Origin: a bacterium
GTDB taxonomy: Bacteria; Bacillota_I; Bacilli_A; Acholeplasmatales; Anaeroplasmataceae
Length of the DNA: 64,000 nt
Reading direction: 5' to 3'
NCBI GenBank assembly: GCA_044432865.1
Contig: JAWXUF010000001.1
Location: forward strand, 2,786-66,785
Part shown: one piece after another, positions 46,120 through 54,251 of the stretch
How positions within the stretch are numbered: the first letter of the stretch is position 1
How the letters are laid out: each line of letters opens with the position of its first letter
Program-made: the position numbers and the translations under genes
The notes under the pieces: model-generated
Seen by the model: only the letters and a program-made list of their open reading frames with translations
Databases searched by the model: none
What the model was told of the DNA's origin: nothing

Positions 46120-49100
46120 TTATTTATTGATAATTGGATTTAAGAAATCGAAAATAAAATCGTATACTTTTCCGAACGCATCAATTACAGCATCACCATT
46201 ACCAAAACTTATAGAATTAATAATATCGACGTGTGCTTTACCAATTCCTGTTGTAGCATCAAATGCCCAGAAATCAAATAATATTCTATCAGTAGTTGAA
46301 GCATAAACTCCACCTAACATTATGAATAAATAGATAGCAATTAATGAAATTAAGAATAATAAAATTTTGATTACTTTAAATACTTTATTTCTATTATATT
46401 GCTTAACTAATTTAGAATCTTTCATCGTTCTATAGCTTAAAATTTTAGCTTTTTCTTTTTCTAATTTAGCTATTTGTTTTTTAGCTTTTAATTGTTTTTT
46501 AGTTAATAATGATTCATCAATATCATTATTTGACATTGACATCGGAGTATCAACAAAGTCTAGTGTATCGACAATATTAGTTTCTTCAACCATTTGTCCT
46601 GCACTTTCATCAATATCATTTTTATCTAAATCAGATGTAACTCCATTAGTTTCAAATAAATTATTTAAATGTTCTGCATCAAATGAAGAAGCAACTGGAG
46701 TTTGTTCTTGTTGAACTGGTTCTGGTTTAGAAGTTAATCCACTGATTAATTCTTCCATATTTTGGAATCTAACTTTTCTTTCATCATCTTCAAAAGGTTG
46801 ATTACTTACAGTTTGAACACTAGTTGTACTAACAGTTGAAGCAATATCGTTCATAGCTTCATCTTCAACTAATTTTTCTCTTTGTTTATCTAATTCAGCT
46901 TGTTGTTGTTCTAGAGCATTTAATTGTTCTAAATAATCTTGATGTTGTTGAACCATTTGTTCTTGTAATTGTTTATTTAATTCCTCTTTTTGTTCAGGAG
47001 TTAATCCAATTTCATTTACTTCAACATCTTTATTTTGTAAATATTCTTGATCTAATAATCTACGTTGTTCAGCAATTAAAGCTTGTTGTTGTGCAATTAA
47101 ATCTTGTTGTGATGATACTATATCATCTTGTGGTTGCGTTGTTTCCATAGGTGCAGATACAGCTATAACTTCGTTATAAGTTTCTTCTTCATATGGAGCA
47201 TCGTAAATTGATTGAGAATAGTTATTTAATTCAGCATATGACACGAATGACACTTCATCAACTCTATCATGGCTAATAGAAATAGTTTCAACTGGACCAA
47301 GATTTTGATAAGGATCATCATAATGAGAGATATCAACTGTTTCTTCAACTCTTTGAGTTATTTGTTGAGATTGTACATTTCCATATTGATCGTATTGAGG
47401 TTGTGCATACATAACTTCTTCTGAATAAACAGTTTGTTCTTGATACATCGGTTGTTGTTGATATACAACTTCTTCTGAGTAAACAGTTTGTTCTTGATAC
47501 ATCGGTTGTTGTTGATATACAATTTCCTCTGAGTATACTTGTTGTTGATATGGATCTTCTTGGTACACAATGTTTTCTGAGTACATTGGTGTTTCTTGAT
47601 ATACAATATTTTCTGAATAAATAGGTGTTTCTTGATATACAATGTTTTCTGAATAAATAGGTGTTTCTTGATATACAATGTTTTCTGAATACATTGGTGC
47701 TTCTTGGTACACAATGTTTTCTGAATACATTGGCGTTTCTTGATATACAATATTTTCTGAATACATTGGTGTTTCTTGATATACAATGTTTTCTGAATAT
47801 ACTGGTGTTTCTTGATATACTACTTCGTCAGAATATGCTGGAGATTCTTGATATACAATATTCTCTGAATATATTGGAGATTCTTGATATGTTTCTTCAG
47901 CATATACTGGTTCTTCACTTACAATATTCTCACTATAAGTAATTTCCTCTGAATATACAGGCTCTTCATTTTCAGTGTAAGAAGACTCTTCTACATAAGT
48001 AGGTTCCTCATTTACAATATTTTCACTGTATGTGATTTCTTCTGAATAAATTGGTTCTTCATTTACAATATTTTCGCTATAAGAAGTACCTTCAGATTGT
48101 AAAGGTGCTTCACGATATATTATATTTTCAGAATAAGATGGCTCTTCATTAACGATATTTTCACTATATGTAACTTCATCAGCGTATTGACCATTTGATA
48201 CAATATCTTCTGAATACATTGGAGCTTCTTCAGAAATTATAGTTTCACTATATGCAACGGCTTGATCATCATAATTACCATCTTCATCAACATACTCTTC
48301 AATAGTTTCTTCAACAACTGTTTCTTGATAAACTTCCGAATCATTTTGTTGTGCAATAGCAGCTTCTCTAGCCATTTCAGCTTCTTTTAATAATAATTCA
48401 GCTTCTTTTTGCGCTAATTCAGCTTCTCTTGCTAATTCATTTTCTCTTTGTGCTAATTCAGCTTCTTTTTGTGCTAATTCAGCTTCTCTTGCTAATTCTG
48501 CTTCTCTTGCAGCTAATTCAGCTTCCTTAGTTGCATATTCTAATTCTTTATGCATTTCAACTTCTTTTTGTGCTAGTTCAGCTTCTTTCGCAGCTAATTC
48601 AGCTTCTTTTTCAATTTCAGCTTCTCTTGCAGCCAGTTCAGCATCACGAGCAGCATATTCAGCTTCTCTTCTAGCTTCTTCTAACTCAGCTTCTTTCGCA
48701 GCTAATTCAGCAGCTTTTGCAGCCAATTCAGCTTCTTTTGCCGCTAAAGCTTCTTCTAAATCAGCTTCTTTTTGCGCTAATTCTGCATCTCTTGCAGCAG
48801 CAGCTTCAAGTAATTCAGCATCTTTTTGTGCTAACTCTGCTTCTTTTTCTGCAGTTGTTTGTGCTAATTCAGCTTCTTTTTCTGCAGTTGTTTGTGCTAA
48901 TTCAGCTTCTTTCTCTGCAAGTTCCGCTTCTTTTTCTGCAGCAGTTTGCGCTAATTCAGCTTCTTTTTCAGCTAATTCAGCTTCTTTTTGTGCTAATTCA
49001 GCTTCTTTTTCTGAATTATCTTCACCTTCAATGTATTCTTCAACCACAGTCTCAACAACTACAGTTTCAGTTTGTTCTTCACTACCATTGTCATTTGACA

Positions 49101-50478
49101 TTGTTTGAGTTTCTTCAGTATCATCTAAAACTGTTTGAACTGCGTCATCATTATTACCAATAGATCTTGATTGAACTCCTTGTTGGTTTTCTTCATTGAT
49201 TTCAGCTGGTGTATCTTCACCTTCAATATATTCTTCAACTACAGTCTCAACAACTACTGTTTCTTGTTGTTCTTGTGTTTGGTTAGCTAACATCTCTTTG
49301 ATTCTAGCATTAATAATATCTTCTAAACGGTCATCATCAGTTTCACCATTTTGTTTAGCATTTAATAATTCAATTTGTTTTTCTAATTCTTTAACACGTT
49401 CAGCATATGGATCAACAGTTGGTTCATCACTTTCAACTTCTGTTTGAGATTTTAATTGATCTAATCTTTCTCTTTCAGCTTCTTGTTCTGAACGTAATTT
49501 ATCGATTTCACCTTTTAAATCATCAATATCTGATTTAGAAACAATTTCACCATCTTCATCAAATTCATAAATATATCTTGAATCAATGTCTCTAATGTAT
49601 TCTGGTTTCATTTCGAAGTGTTCTTCATCTAACACAATTAGATTAACTTTCGGTAATGTTTTTAAAGAAGTTTGACCATTTTCAACAGCTTTTAAAATAA
49701 AATCAATTACAGCATCTTTTCTTAATTCAGTAGATGCTTTAATATCATTATCTTTAGCAAAACGTTGTAATGAAACAACTTTCATATCTTTTATTTTTTC
49801 ATTTACAGATTCATCAAATTTTTCTTCTTCTTGAAGACGTTGAATGATTACTTCTAATAATTGAGCACGATTTAATCTTTTAGGAACATTAATATCATAT
49901 TTAGATGCAACATCTCTTAATTCTGCAACAGTAGAACTTTTAAACATTACACGAGAAAAATCATCGCCAGGAATAACATCTATAGATCCATCAAAATCAT
50001 ATAAACATCCATTTAATAAAGTATTGAATTCAGAGAATTGAGTGTGTTCATCAGATAATTTTAATAATTTAGATAAAGTATCTTCTGTTACTTTTAATTT
50101 CTCAGCATTTACTAAAACTAAAATCCATAAGCTAATTTTATATTGTTCAGCACATGCATTCTCATGAAATCTTGTGTCACCAGTGCTTGCTAATGTATTG
50201 AATAATTTGTTTAATTGATAATCAGAATATTCAGTGTACCAATTTAAACGGTGTAATAACTCAGTTGTAATTGGTAATTCTTTTGCAATTTTAACAAATT
50301 CATTCAGAACCATTTTTAAAGCTCTAGTTCTAATGATACGTGGTAATCCACTATTTGTTTCATTTAATAACTCAACAACTTTACTAACATCTTTCGATGA
50401 TAATTTCTTAGCAAGTTCGTAAATATCTTCCGTATTCCCTTTAAATAATATTGTCATATCTTGTAAATTTATTTCCAT
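46120..50478 (-). CDS. Giant acidic repeat protein, C-terminally membrane-anchored (N-terminal HeH/SAP-like motifs, coiled coils, Tyr/Glu-rich tandem repeats)
   Basis: It is a 4.36-kb uninterrupted ORF. A GAGGTG RBS 6 nt before the ATG at 50478 (the track start is the GTG inside the RBS). It has its own sigma-A-like promoter and strong terminator. It has a single TM helix (46300..46383) 59 aa from the C-terminus. I recognise no enzymatic motif. Confidence 0.85.
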   Translation of the reverse strand: MEINLQDMTILFKGNTEDIYELAKKLSSKDVSKVVELLNETNSGLPRIIRTRALKMVLNEFVKIAKELPITTELLHRLNWYTEYSDYQLNKLFNTLASTGDTRFHENACAEQYKISLWILVLVNAEKLKVTEDTLSKLLKLSDEHTQFSEFNTLLNGCLYDFDGSIDVIPGDDFSRVMFKSSTVAELRDVASKYDINVPKRLNRAQLLEVIIQRLQEEEKFDESVNEKIKDMKVVSLQRFAKDNDIKASTELRKDAVIDFILKAVENGQTSLKTLPKVNLIVLDEEHFEMKPEYIRDIDSRYIYEFDEDGEIVSKSDIDDLKGEIDKLRSEQEAERERLDQLKSQTEVESDEPTVDPYAERVKELEKQIELLNAKQNGETDDDRLEDIINARIKEMLANQTQEQQETVVVETVVEEYIEGEDTPAEINEENQQGVQSRSIGNNDDAVQTVLDDTEETQTMSNDNGSEEQTETVVVETVVEEYIEGEDNSEKEAELAQKEAELAEKEAELAQTAAEKEAELAEKEAELAQTTAEKEAELAQTTAEKEAELAQKDAELLEAAAARDAELAQKEADLEEALAAKEAELAAKAAELAAKEAELEEARREAEYAARDAELAAREAEIEKEAELAAKEAELAQKEVEMHKELEYATKEAELAAREAELAREAELAQKEAELAQRENELAREAELAQKEAELLLKEAEMAREAAIAQQNDSEVYQETVVEETIEEYVDEDGNYDDQAVAYSETIISEEAPMYSEDIVSNGQYADEVTYSENIVNEEPSYSENIIYREAPLQSEGTSYSENIVNEEPIYSEEITYSENIVNEEPTYVEESSYTENEEPVYSEEITYSENIVSEEPVYAEETYQESPIYSENIVYQESPAYSDEVVYQETPVYSENIVYQETPMYSENIVYQETPMYSENIVYQEAPMYSENIVYQETPIYSENIVYQETPIYSENIVYQETPMYSENIVYQEDPYQQQVYSEEIVYQQQPMYQEQTVYSEEVVYQQQPMYQEQTVYSEEVMYAQPQYDQYGNVQSQQITQRVEETVDISHYDDPYQNLGPVETISISHDRVDEVSFVSYAELNNYSQSIYDAPYEEETYNEVIAVSAPMETTQPQDDIVSSQQDLIAQQQALIAEQRRLLDQEYLQNKDVEVNEIGLTPEQKEELNKQLQEQMVQQHQDYLEQLNALEQQQAELDKQREKLVEDEAMNDIASTVSTTSVQTVSNQPFEDDERKVRFQNMEELISGLTSKPEPVQQEQTPVASSFDAEHLNNLFETNGVTSDLDKNDIDESAGQMVEETNIVDTLDFVDTPMSMSNNDIDESLLTKKQLKAKKQIAKLEKEKAKILSYRTMKDSKLVKQYNRNKVFKVIKILLFLISLIAIYLFIMLGGVYASTTDRILFDFWAFDATTGIGKAHVDIINSISFGNGDAVIDAFGKVYDFIFDFLNPIINK
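47413..47535 (-). repeat. 54-bp tandem repeat, about 2.3 copies (18-aa unit YSEEVVYQQQPMYQEQTV)
   Basis: 47413..47466 and 47467..47520 are nearly identical (1 mismatch by eye), and a partial third copy follows. Confidence 0.8.
47549..47874 (-). repeat. Nine near-identical in-frame 36-bp tandem repeats (12-aa unit YSENIVYQETPM) inside the giant gene
   Basis: Read directly from the sequence: units of cttgatatacaatgttttctgaatacattggtgttt recur with a 36-nt period and only a few substitutions. They lie within a broader degenerate Y/E-rich repeat zone at 47385..48258. Confidence 0.85.
48350..49012 (-). repeat. Low-complexity Ala/Glu coiled-coil coding region with embedded 33-bp tandem repeats
   Basis: It encodes about 220 aa of (K/R)EAELA(Q/A/E) units. 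48841..48873 and 48874..48906 are identical 33-mers (AEKEAELAQTT). Confidence 0.8.
49020..49264 (-). repeat. Pair of 50-bp direct repeats 195 bp apart (both encode ETVVVETVVEEYIEGED)
   Basis: 49020..49069 and 49215..49264 differ at about 4 positions. Confidence 0.8.
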
Positions 50479-50551
50479 ATTAGGCACCTCGACTTATATT
50501 TTTTCAGATTAAATTCAAAAGTTCTCACTCTTCTCATTTACACTTATCTCT

Positions 50552-50580
50552 ATATTACAACATTTCTTTTATTTTTTCAA
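50552..50580 (-). promoter_or_regulatory. Sigma-A-type promoter of the giant repeat-protein gene
   Basis: On the minus strand: TTGAAA (50575..50580), a 17-nt spacer, TAATAT (50552..50557). An A/T-tract lies just upstream, and the start codon is about 70 nt downstream. Confidence 0.6.
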
Positions 50581-50705
50581 TAAATATTTTGTGCTTTTTT
50601 ACAAAAAATGTCGAAAAATATGTGTTTTTTGCTCACCTATATGTTACTAACTATACACTAAAACTGATTATTGGCTTAGTTGAGCCGTTTTTTATTTAAA
50701 ATAGA

Positions 50706-50740
50706 CGAAAAAAAGTAAATTGTTTTTTTCAATTTACTTT
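50706..50740 (-). terminator. Terminator after cotE (overlaps its stop codon)
   Basis: 10-bp stem aagtaaattg/caatttactt (50713..50722 and 50730..50739) followed on the minus strand by a T-run. Confidence 0.7.
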
Positions 50741-51252
50741 AAATTTATAAATTCTTCGTTTATATCCATATCAGTTACATCTACTTCATCTTCCCATGTA
50801 GTTTCTGGATTAAAAACAGTAACTTTCATTTTAGTTTCACCAATAACTTCAGCAAGAATTTCAAGACTTATTTCAGCCTCAATAGAGTCATCAAATATTT
50901 TAGCATTAGTAACTGTAGGATGTTGTATTATTCTAGCAAGTATATCATCAGTATTCTCAATAAAATCTTTAACGATTGTTTTTATTTGAATATCTTTTGT
51001 ATATTGAATTGTTTCCCTTATTATTTCTGTTTTCGTATTATTAGACTCAGAATACCAAATATTTATTTCAAATTCTCCAATAATTTTAACAGAATCAAGA
51101 CTTGTTTTTGTTGCTTCAAATTCATGATTAATAATCCAACAACCTAAAATACTATACGGATTCACAGTAGTTGGAATGTTCTCATTTAAGATAAGAGTCT
51201 TTTTACCTTTAGCAATTACAGCTTTAGTAACTATTTCTCTAATTTCACTCAA
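50734..51252 (-). CDS. cotE: Spore coat morphogenetic protein CotE
   Basis: TTG start after a GAGGAGGGG RBS. MSEIREIVTKAVIAKGKK ... ILGCWIINHEF ... INIWYS..NNTKTE ... AEVIGETK with an acidic tail closely parallels B. subtilis CotE (MSEYREIITKAVVAKGRK ... from memory). Its position after ymcA also matches. Confidence 0.85.
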   Translation of the reverse strand: MSEIREIVTKAVIAKGKKTLILNENIPTTVNPYSILGCWIINHEFEATKTSLDSVKIIGEFEINIWYSESNNTKTEIIRETIQYTKDIQIKTIVKDFIENTDDILARIIQHPTVTNAKIFDDSIEAEISLEILAEVIGETKMKVTVFNPETTWEDEVDVTDMDINEEFINLK

Positions 51253-51357
51253 TTATACCCCTCCTCATTATAGTATATTCACGATAATTTATTATGCTAC
51301 TATAAATAATATATTATCAAACACTATATTATATGATGAACTTAATAATAATTTACT

Positions 51358-51393
51358 AAAAGAAAAAAGCTAATCAATTTAATCGATTAGCTT
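51358..51393 (-). terminator. Terminator at the end of ymcA
   Basis: 9-bp stem aagctaatc/gattagctt (51367..51375 and 51385..51393) spanning the stop codon, followed on the minus strand by TTTTTTCTTTT. Confidence 0.65.
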
Positions 51394-51702
51394 TTCATTC
51401 ACTTTATTAGAAATAATAGATGAAACCATTTCTAATAAACTATTCACTTCTTCTAAAGACTCTAGATACATATTTATTAGAATATCATCTTCTAGCTCTT
51501 TTTTCATTTTATTATATTCTTCTAAATAAATAAAATAATTATTTTCTAGACCATAATGTTTTGAATTTACCATTTGTTTTTGACAATCGTATAATTTTTT
51601 CACCTTAGTTCTATACTCTAAGTTTTCATCAATTAGTTTTTCTAAACGTTTGTACTTTTTAACTTCATCTAACTCTTGTAATGAATCGATAAGATTATTC
51701 AT
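51379..51702 (-). CDS. ymcA: YlbF/YmcA-family regulatory protein (RicA-like)
   Basis: About 107 aa and helical, with the K.L...QKQ.VN.KHYG/E pattern and a position between miaB and cotE as in B. subtilis. The ATG at 51702 overlaps the miaB stop (ATGAATAA); the track start at 51717 is an alternative. Confidence 0.7.
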   Translation of the reverse strand: MNNLIDSLQELDEVKKYKRLEKLIDENLEYRTKVKKLYDCQKQMVNSKHYGLENNYFIYLEEYNKMKKELEDDILINMYLESLEEVNSLLEMVSSIISNKVNEKLID

Positions 51703-53143
51703 TAACAATCTCACCAACCATAGACCATGTTTTAACTTCAGTTATTCTAACACTTACAATTTTACCAATTAGTTCTTTTTCACCTTCAAAATTAACTAAT
51801 TTCATATGTTCGCTATAACCGCATAACTTTTCATCATTTTTAGCAGATGATCCATCTACTAAAACTTTCACTATTTTATTTAAAAATCTTTCATTCCCTT
51901 TTAAATAACCATCATTTATTTTTTTATTTAAAATTTGTAATCTCTCTGATTTTTCATCTTCAGATACTGTATCATCATACTTTGCAGCAGGTGTACCTTC
52001 TCTTCTTGAATAAACAAAAGTGAAAGCACCTTCGTATTGAACCTCATCAACTAATTTCAATGTATTTTCAAATTGTTCAACAGACTCATTTGGAAATCCA
52101 ACAATAATATCAGTAGTAATTGCAATACTAGGAATAGATTTTTTTAATTTATTAATTAATATCATATATTCTTCATATGTATACTTACGATTCATTTTTC
52201 TTAATATTTCTGTATCTCCAGATTGAACAGGTAAATGAATATGAGGCATTACACTTTTACATGTTGCCATAGCTTCTATTGTTAAATCATCTAAATCTCT
52301 TGGATGTGACGTTGTATATCTAATTCTAGGAATTCCAGTTTCATCTAAGTCTTTTAGTAAATCACCAAATGTATACCCATCTTTTCTGTCTTTTCCAAAT
52401 GCGTTTACATTTTGTCCAAGTAATGTAATTTCTTGATAACCATTTTCAACAAGTCTTTTCACTTCATTAATAATATCGTCTTTGTCACGAGATCTTTCTT
52501 TACCTCTTGTATACGGTACAATACAGTAAGTACAAAACTCATCACAACCATACATAATATTAACCCATGCTTTATGAGTATTATTTCTAATCTTAGGAAG
52601 ATTTTCAATGATTTTACCTTCTTCAGAGAATACTTCAATTACTTTACCTTCATTTTTTGATAACTCTAAAATATATTCTGGCAGTTTATAAATATTATGT
52701 GTTCCAAATACTAAATTAACTTCTCTATATTTTTGTAAAATTTTATCTACAACATTTTCTTCTTGAGGCATACATCCACAAATACCAATTACCATATTAG
52801 GATTTAATCTTTTAGGATGTTTTAAGTTTCCCAATACACCCCAAATTCTATTTTCAGCATTTTCTCTAATTGCACATGTATTTAAAATAACAACATCACA
52901 TTTAGTTGCATCTTCATTTCTAGTGAAACCAAGAGATTCCATAATCCCGCAAATAGTTTCACTATCAGCTTCATTACCTTGACAACCATAAGTTTGAACA
53001 TTATAAAATTTATTTGTACCCAAAGTTTTATGTTCTTGAACACTCTCAAAAAGAACTTTTTCAGTTGTATCGCTCAATCTTTTTCTTGCTTTTTTTAAAT
53101 CTGGTTTAAAATATTTATCAACACTTTTTTTTATACTACTCAT
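51695..53143 (-). CDS. miaB: tRNA-i6A37 methylthiotransferase
   Basis: 482 aa with a UPF0004 N-domain (TYGCQGNE.DSE, NTCAIRE), a radical-SAM CDEFCTYCIVP motif and a TRAM C-terminus. Confidence 0.95.
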   Translation of the reverse strand: MSSIKKSVDKYFKPDLKKARKRLSDTTEKVLFESVQEHKTLGTNKFYNVQTYGCQGNEADSETICGIMESLGFTRNEDATKCDVVILNTCAIRENAENRIWGVLGNLKHPKRLNPNMVIGICGCMPQEENVVDKILQKYREVNLVFGTHNIYKLPEYILELSKNEGKVIEVFSEEGKIIENLPKIRNNTHKAWVNIMYGCDEFCTYCIVPYTRGKERSRDKDDIINEVKRLVENGYQEITLLGQNVNAFGKDRKDGYTFGDLLKDLDETGIPRIRYTTSHPRDLDDLTIEAMATCKSVMPHIHLPVQSGDTEILRKMNRKYTYEEYMILINKLKKSIPSIAITTDIIVGFPNESVEQFENTLKLVDEVQYEGAFTFVYSRREGTPAAKYDDTVSEDEKSERLQILNKKINDGYLKGNERFLNKIVKVLVDGSSAKNDEKLCGYSEHMKLVNFEGEKELIGKIVSVRITEVKTWSMVGEIVNE

Positions 53144-53199
53144 TAATATTTCTCCTAACTATACTTAATATATATTCTTATATATTATATCATTATTAT

Positions 53200-53232
53200 A
53201 TAAAAGAAAAAAGAACCTTTTTAAGGTTCTTA
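53200..53232 (-). terminator. Terminator after rubrerythrin
   Basis: 9-bp stem aagaacctt/aaggttctt (53211..53219 and 53223..53231) followed on the minus strand by TTTTTTCTTTT. Confidence 0.7.
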
Positions 53233-53871
53233 GTAATTCTCACAATTTACTTCAAAATAACTTTGTGGATGATTACATAACGGACATTCCATCTGAGCAT
53301 TTTTACCCTCGTGTAGGTGACCACAATTTCTACATTTCCACATTACAACTTCTTCTTTTTTAAATACATTATCATTATTCAAATTTTTTAATAATTCTAA
53401 ATATCTTTCTTCATGATGTTTTTCAACTGCAGCAACACATCTAAATTTATGTGCTAACGCAGCAAATCCTTCCTCTTGAGCAATAATAGCGAAATGGTAA
53501 TACATATCACTCCACTCATCATGTTCTCCAGCAGCCGCATGAAGTAGATTCTGTTTTGTTGTTCCAATACCATTTAACTCTTCATACCAAACCTTAGCAT
53601 GTGCTTTTTCATTATCTGCTGTTTCAGTGAATAATTGAGACATTTGTCCATATCCTTCATTTTTAGCTACATCAGCATAGTATGTATATTTATTTCTCGC
53701 TTGCGATTCAGCAGAGAATGCAGTCATAAGATTTTGTTCTGTTTTCGTACCAGAGTACTTATTAGGTCCAACACCTTCGTAATCATCATATCTGCAATCG
53801 TTGCATACACTTTCAGCATATTCGCTTGAAAACTCTTCATTACATTTTTTACATTTATATTTCATTTTCAT
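53230..53871 (-). CDS. rbr: Rubrerythrin with additional N-terminal Cys4 ribbon
   Basis: N-terminal CKKC ... CNDC, a diiron four-helix core ([20 protein letters not shown]) and a C-terminal rubredoxin-like CRNCGH ... CPLC. Confidence 0.85.
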   Translation of the reverse strand: MKMKYKCKKCNEEFSSEYAESVCNDCRYDDYEGVGPNKYSGTKTEQNLMTAFSAESQARNKYTYYADVAKNEGYGQMSQLFTETADNEKAHAKVWYEELNGIGTTKQNLLHAAAGEHDEWSDMYYHFAIIAQEEGFAALAHKFRCVAAVEKHHEERYLELLKNLNNDNVFKKEEVVMWKCRNCGHLHEGKNAQMECPLCNHPQSYFEVNCENY

Positions 53872-53913
53872 TTCTCCTTTTAGAAATATGATATGTAAAA
53901 AACAATTTTATAT

Positions 53914-53938
53914 ACAAAAAAACTCCATAAAGGAGTTT
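53914..53938 (-). terminator. Terminator after spoVS
   Basis: Stem aaactcc/ggagttt (53920..53926 and 53932..53938), followed on the minus strand by a T-run. Confidence 0.7.
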
Positions 53939-54198
53939 TATAATGATTTCACTATTAATTTTATTGCTGTTCTATCTTCGCCTTCAATTTCAATATCAGA
54001 AAATGCTGGTACACAATATAAATCATGTCCACTTGGTGCAAGATACCCTCTAGCGATTGCTACAGATTTTATAGCTTGATTTAATGCACCTGCCCCAACA
54101 GCTTGAATTTCTATCTCTTTTCTTTCTTTAAATACATTAGCAATAGCTCCTGCTACTGAATTAGGTTTCGATTTAGATGATACTTTAAGTATTTCCAT
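53938..54198 (-). CDS. spoVS: Stage V sporulation protein S
   Basis: 86 aa: MEILKVSSKSKPNSVAGAIA ... IQAVGAGALNQA.K..AIARGY. Confidence 0.95.
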   Translation of the reverse strand: MEILKVSSKSKPNSVAGAIANVFKERKEIEIQAVGAGALNQAIKSVAIARGYLAPSGHDLYCVPAFSDIEIEGEDRTAIKLIVKSL

Positions 54199-54251
54199 TT
54201 TATATCTCCTTATAATTTTATATTAAACTATATGAGATATTAAAATAATTA

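Noticed and set aside
47549-47874. Whether the regular 36-bp repeats could be a CRISPR array or a noncoding satellite.
   Set aside because: The repeats are directly contiguous with no unique spacers. The unit length is a multiple of 3. They lie in frame within a long ORF, and no cas genes or leader are nearby.
47358-49163. Long alternative-frame ORFs inside the giant gene (47358..47786 minus, 47661..47942 plus, 48717..49163 plus, 49196..49447 plus).
   Set aside because: Their translations are monotonous (IQKTLYIKKH ..., QLLFLQLFVLIQ ...) and simply mirror the 36-bp, 33-bp and other periodic repeats of the real frame. They have no RBS, and they overlap a 4.36-kb uninterrupted ORF with a proper RBS, promoter and terminator.
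50608-50661. A 17-codon plus-strand ORF (MSKNMCFLLTYMLLTIH) in the cotE/giant-gene spacer.
   Set aside because: It has no RBS, it is very short, and it lies antisense to the predicted promoter-upstream region. It is most likely a chance ORF.
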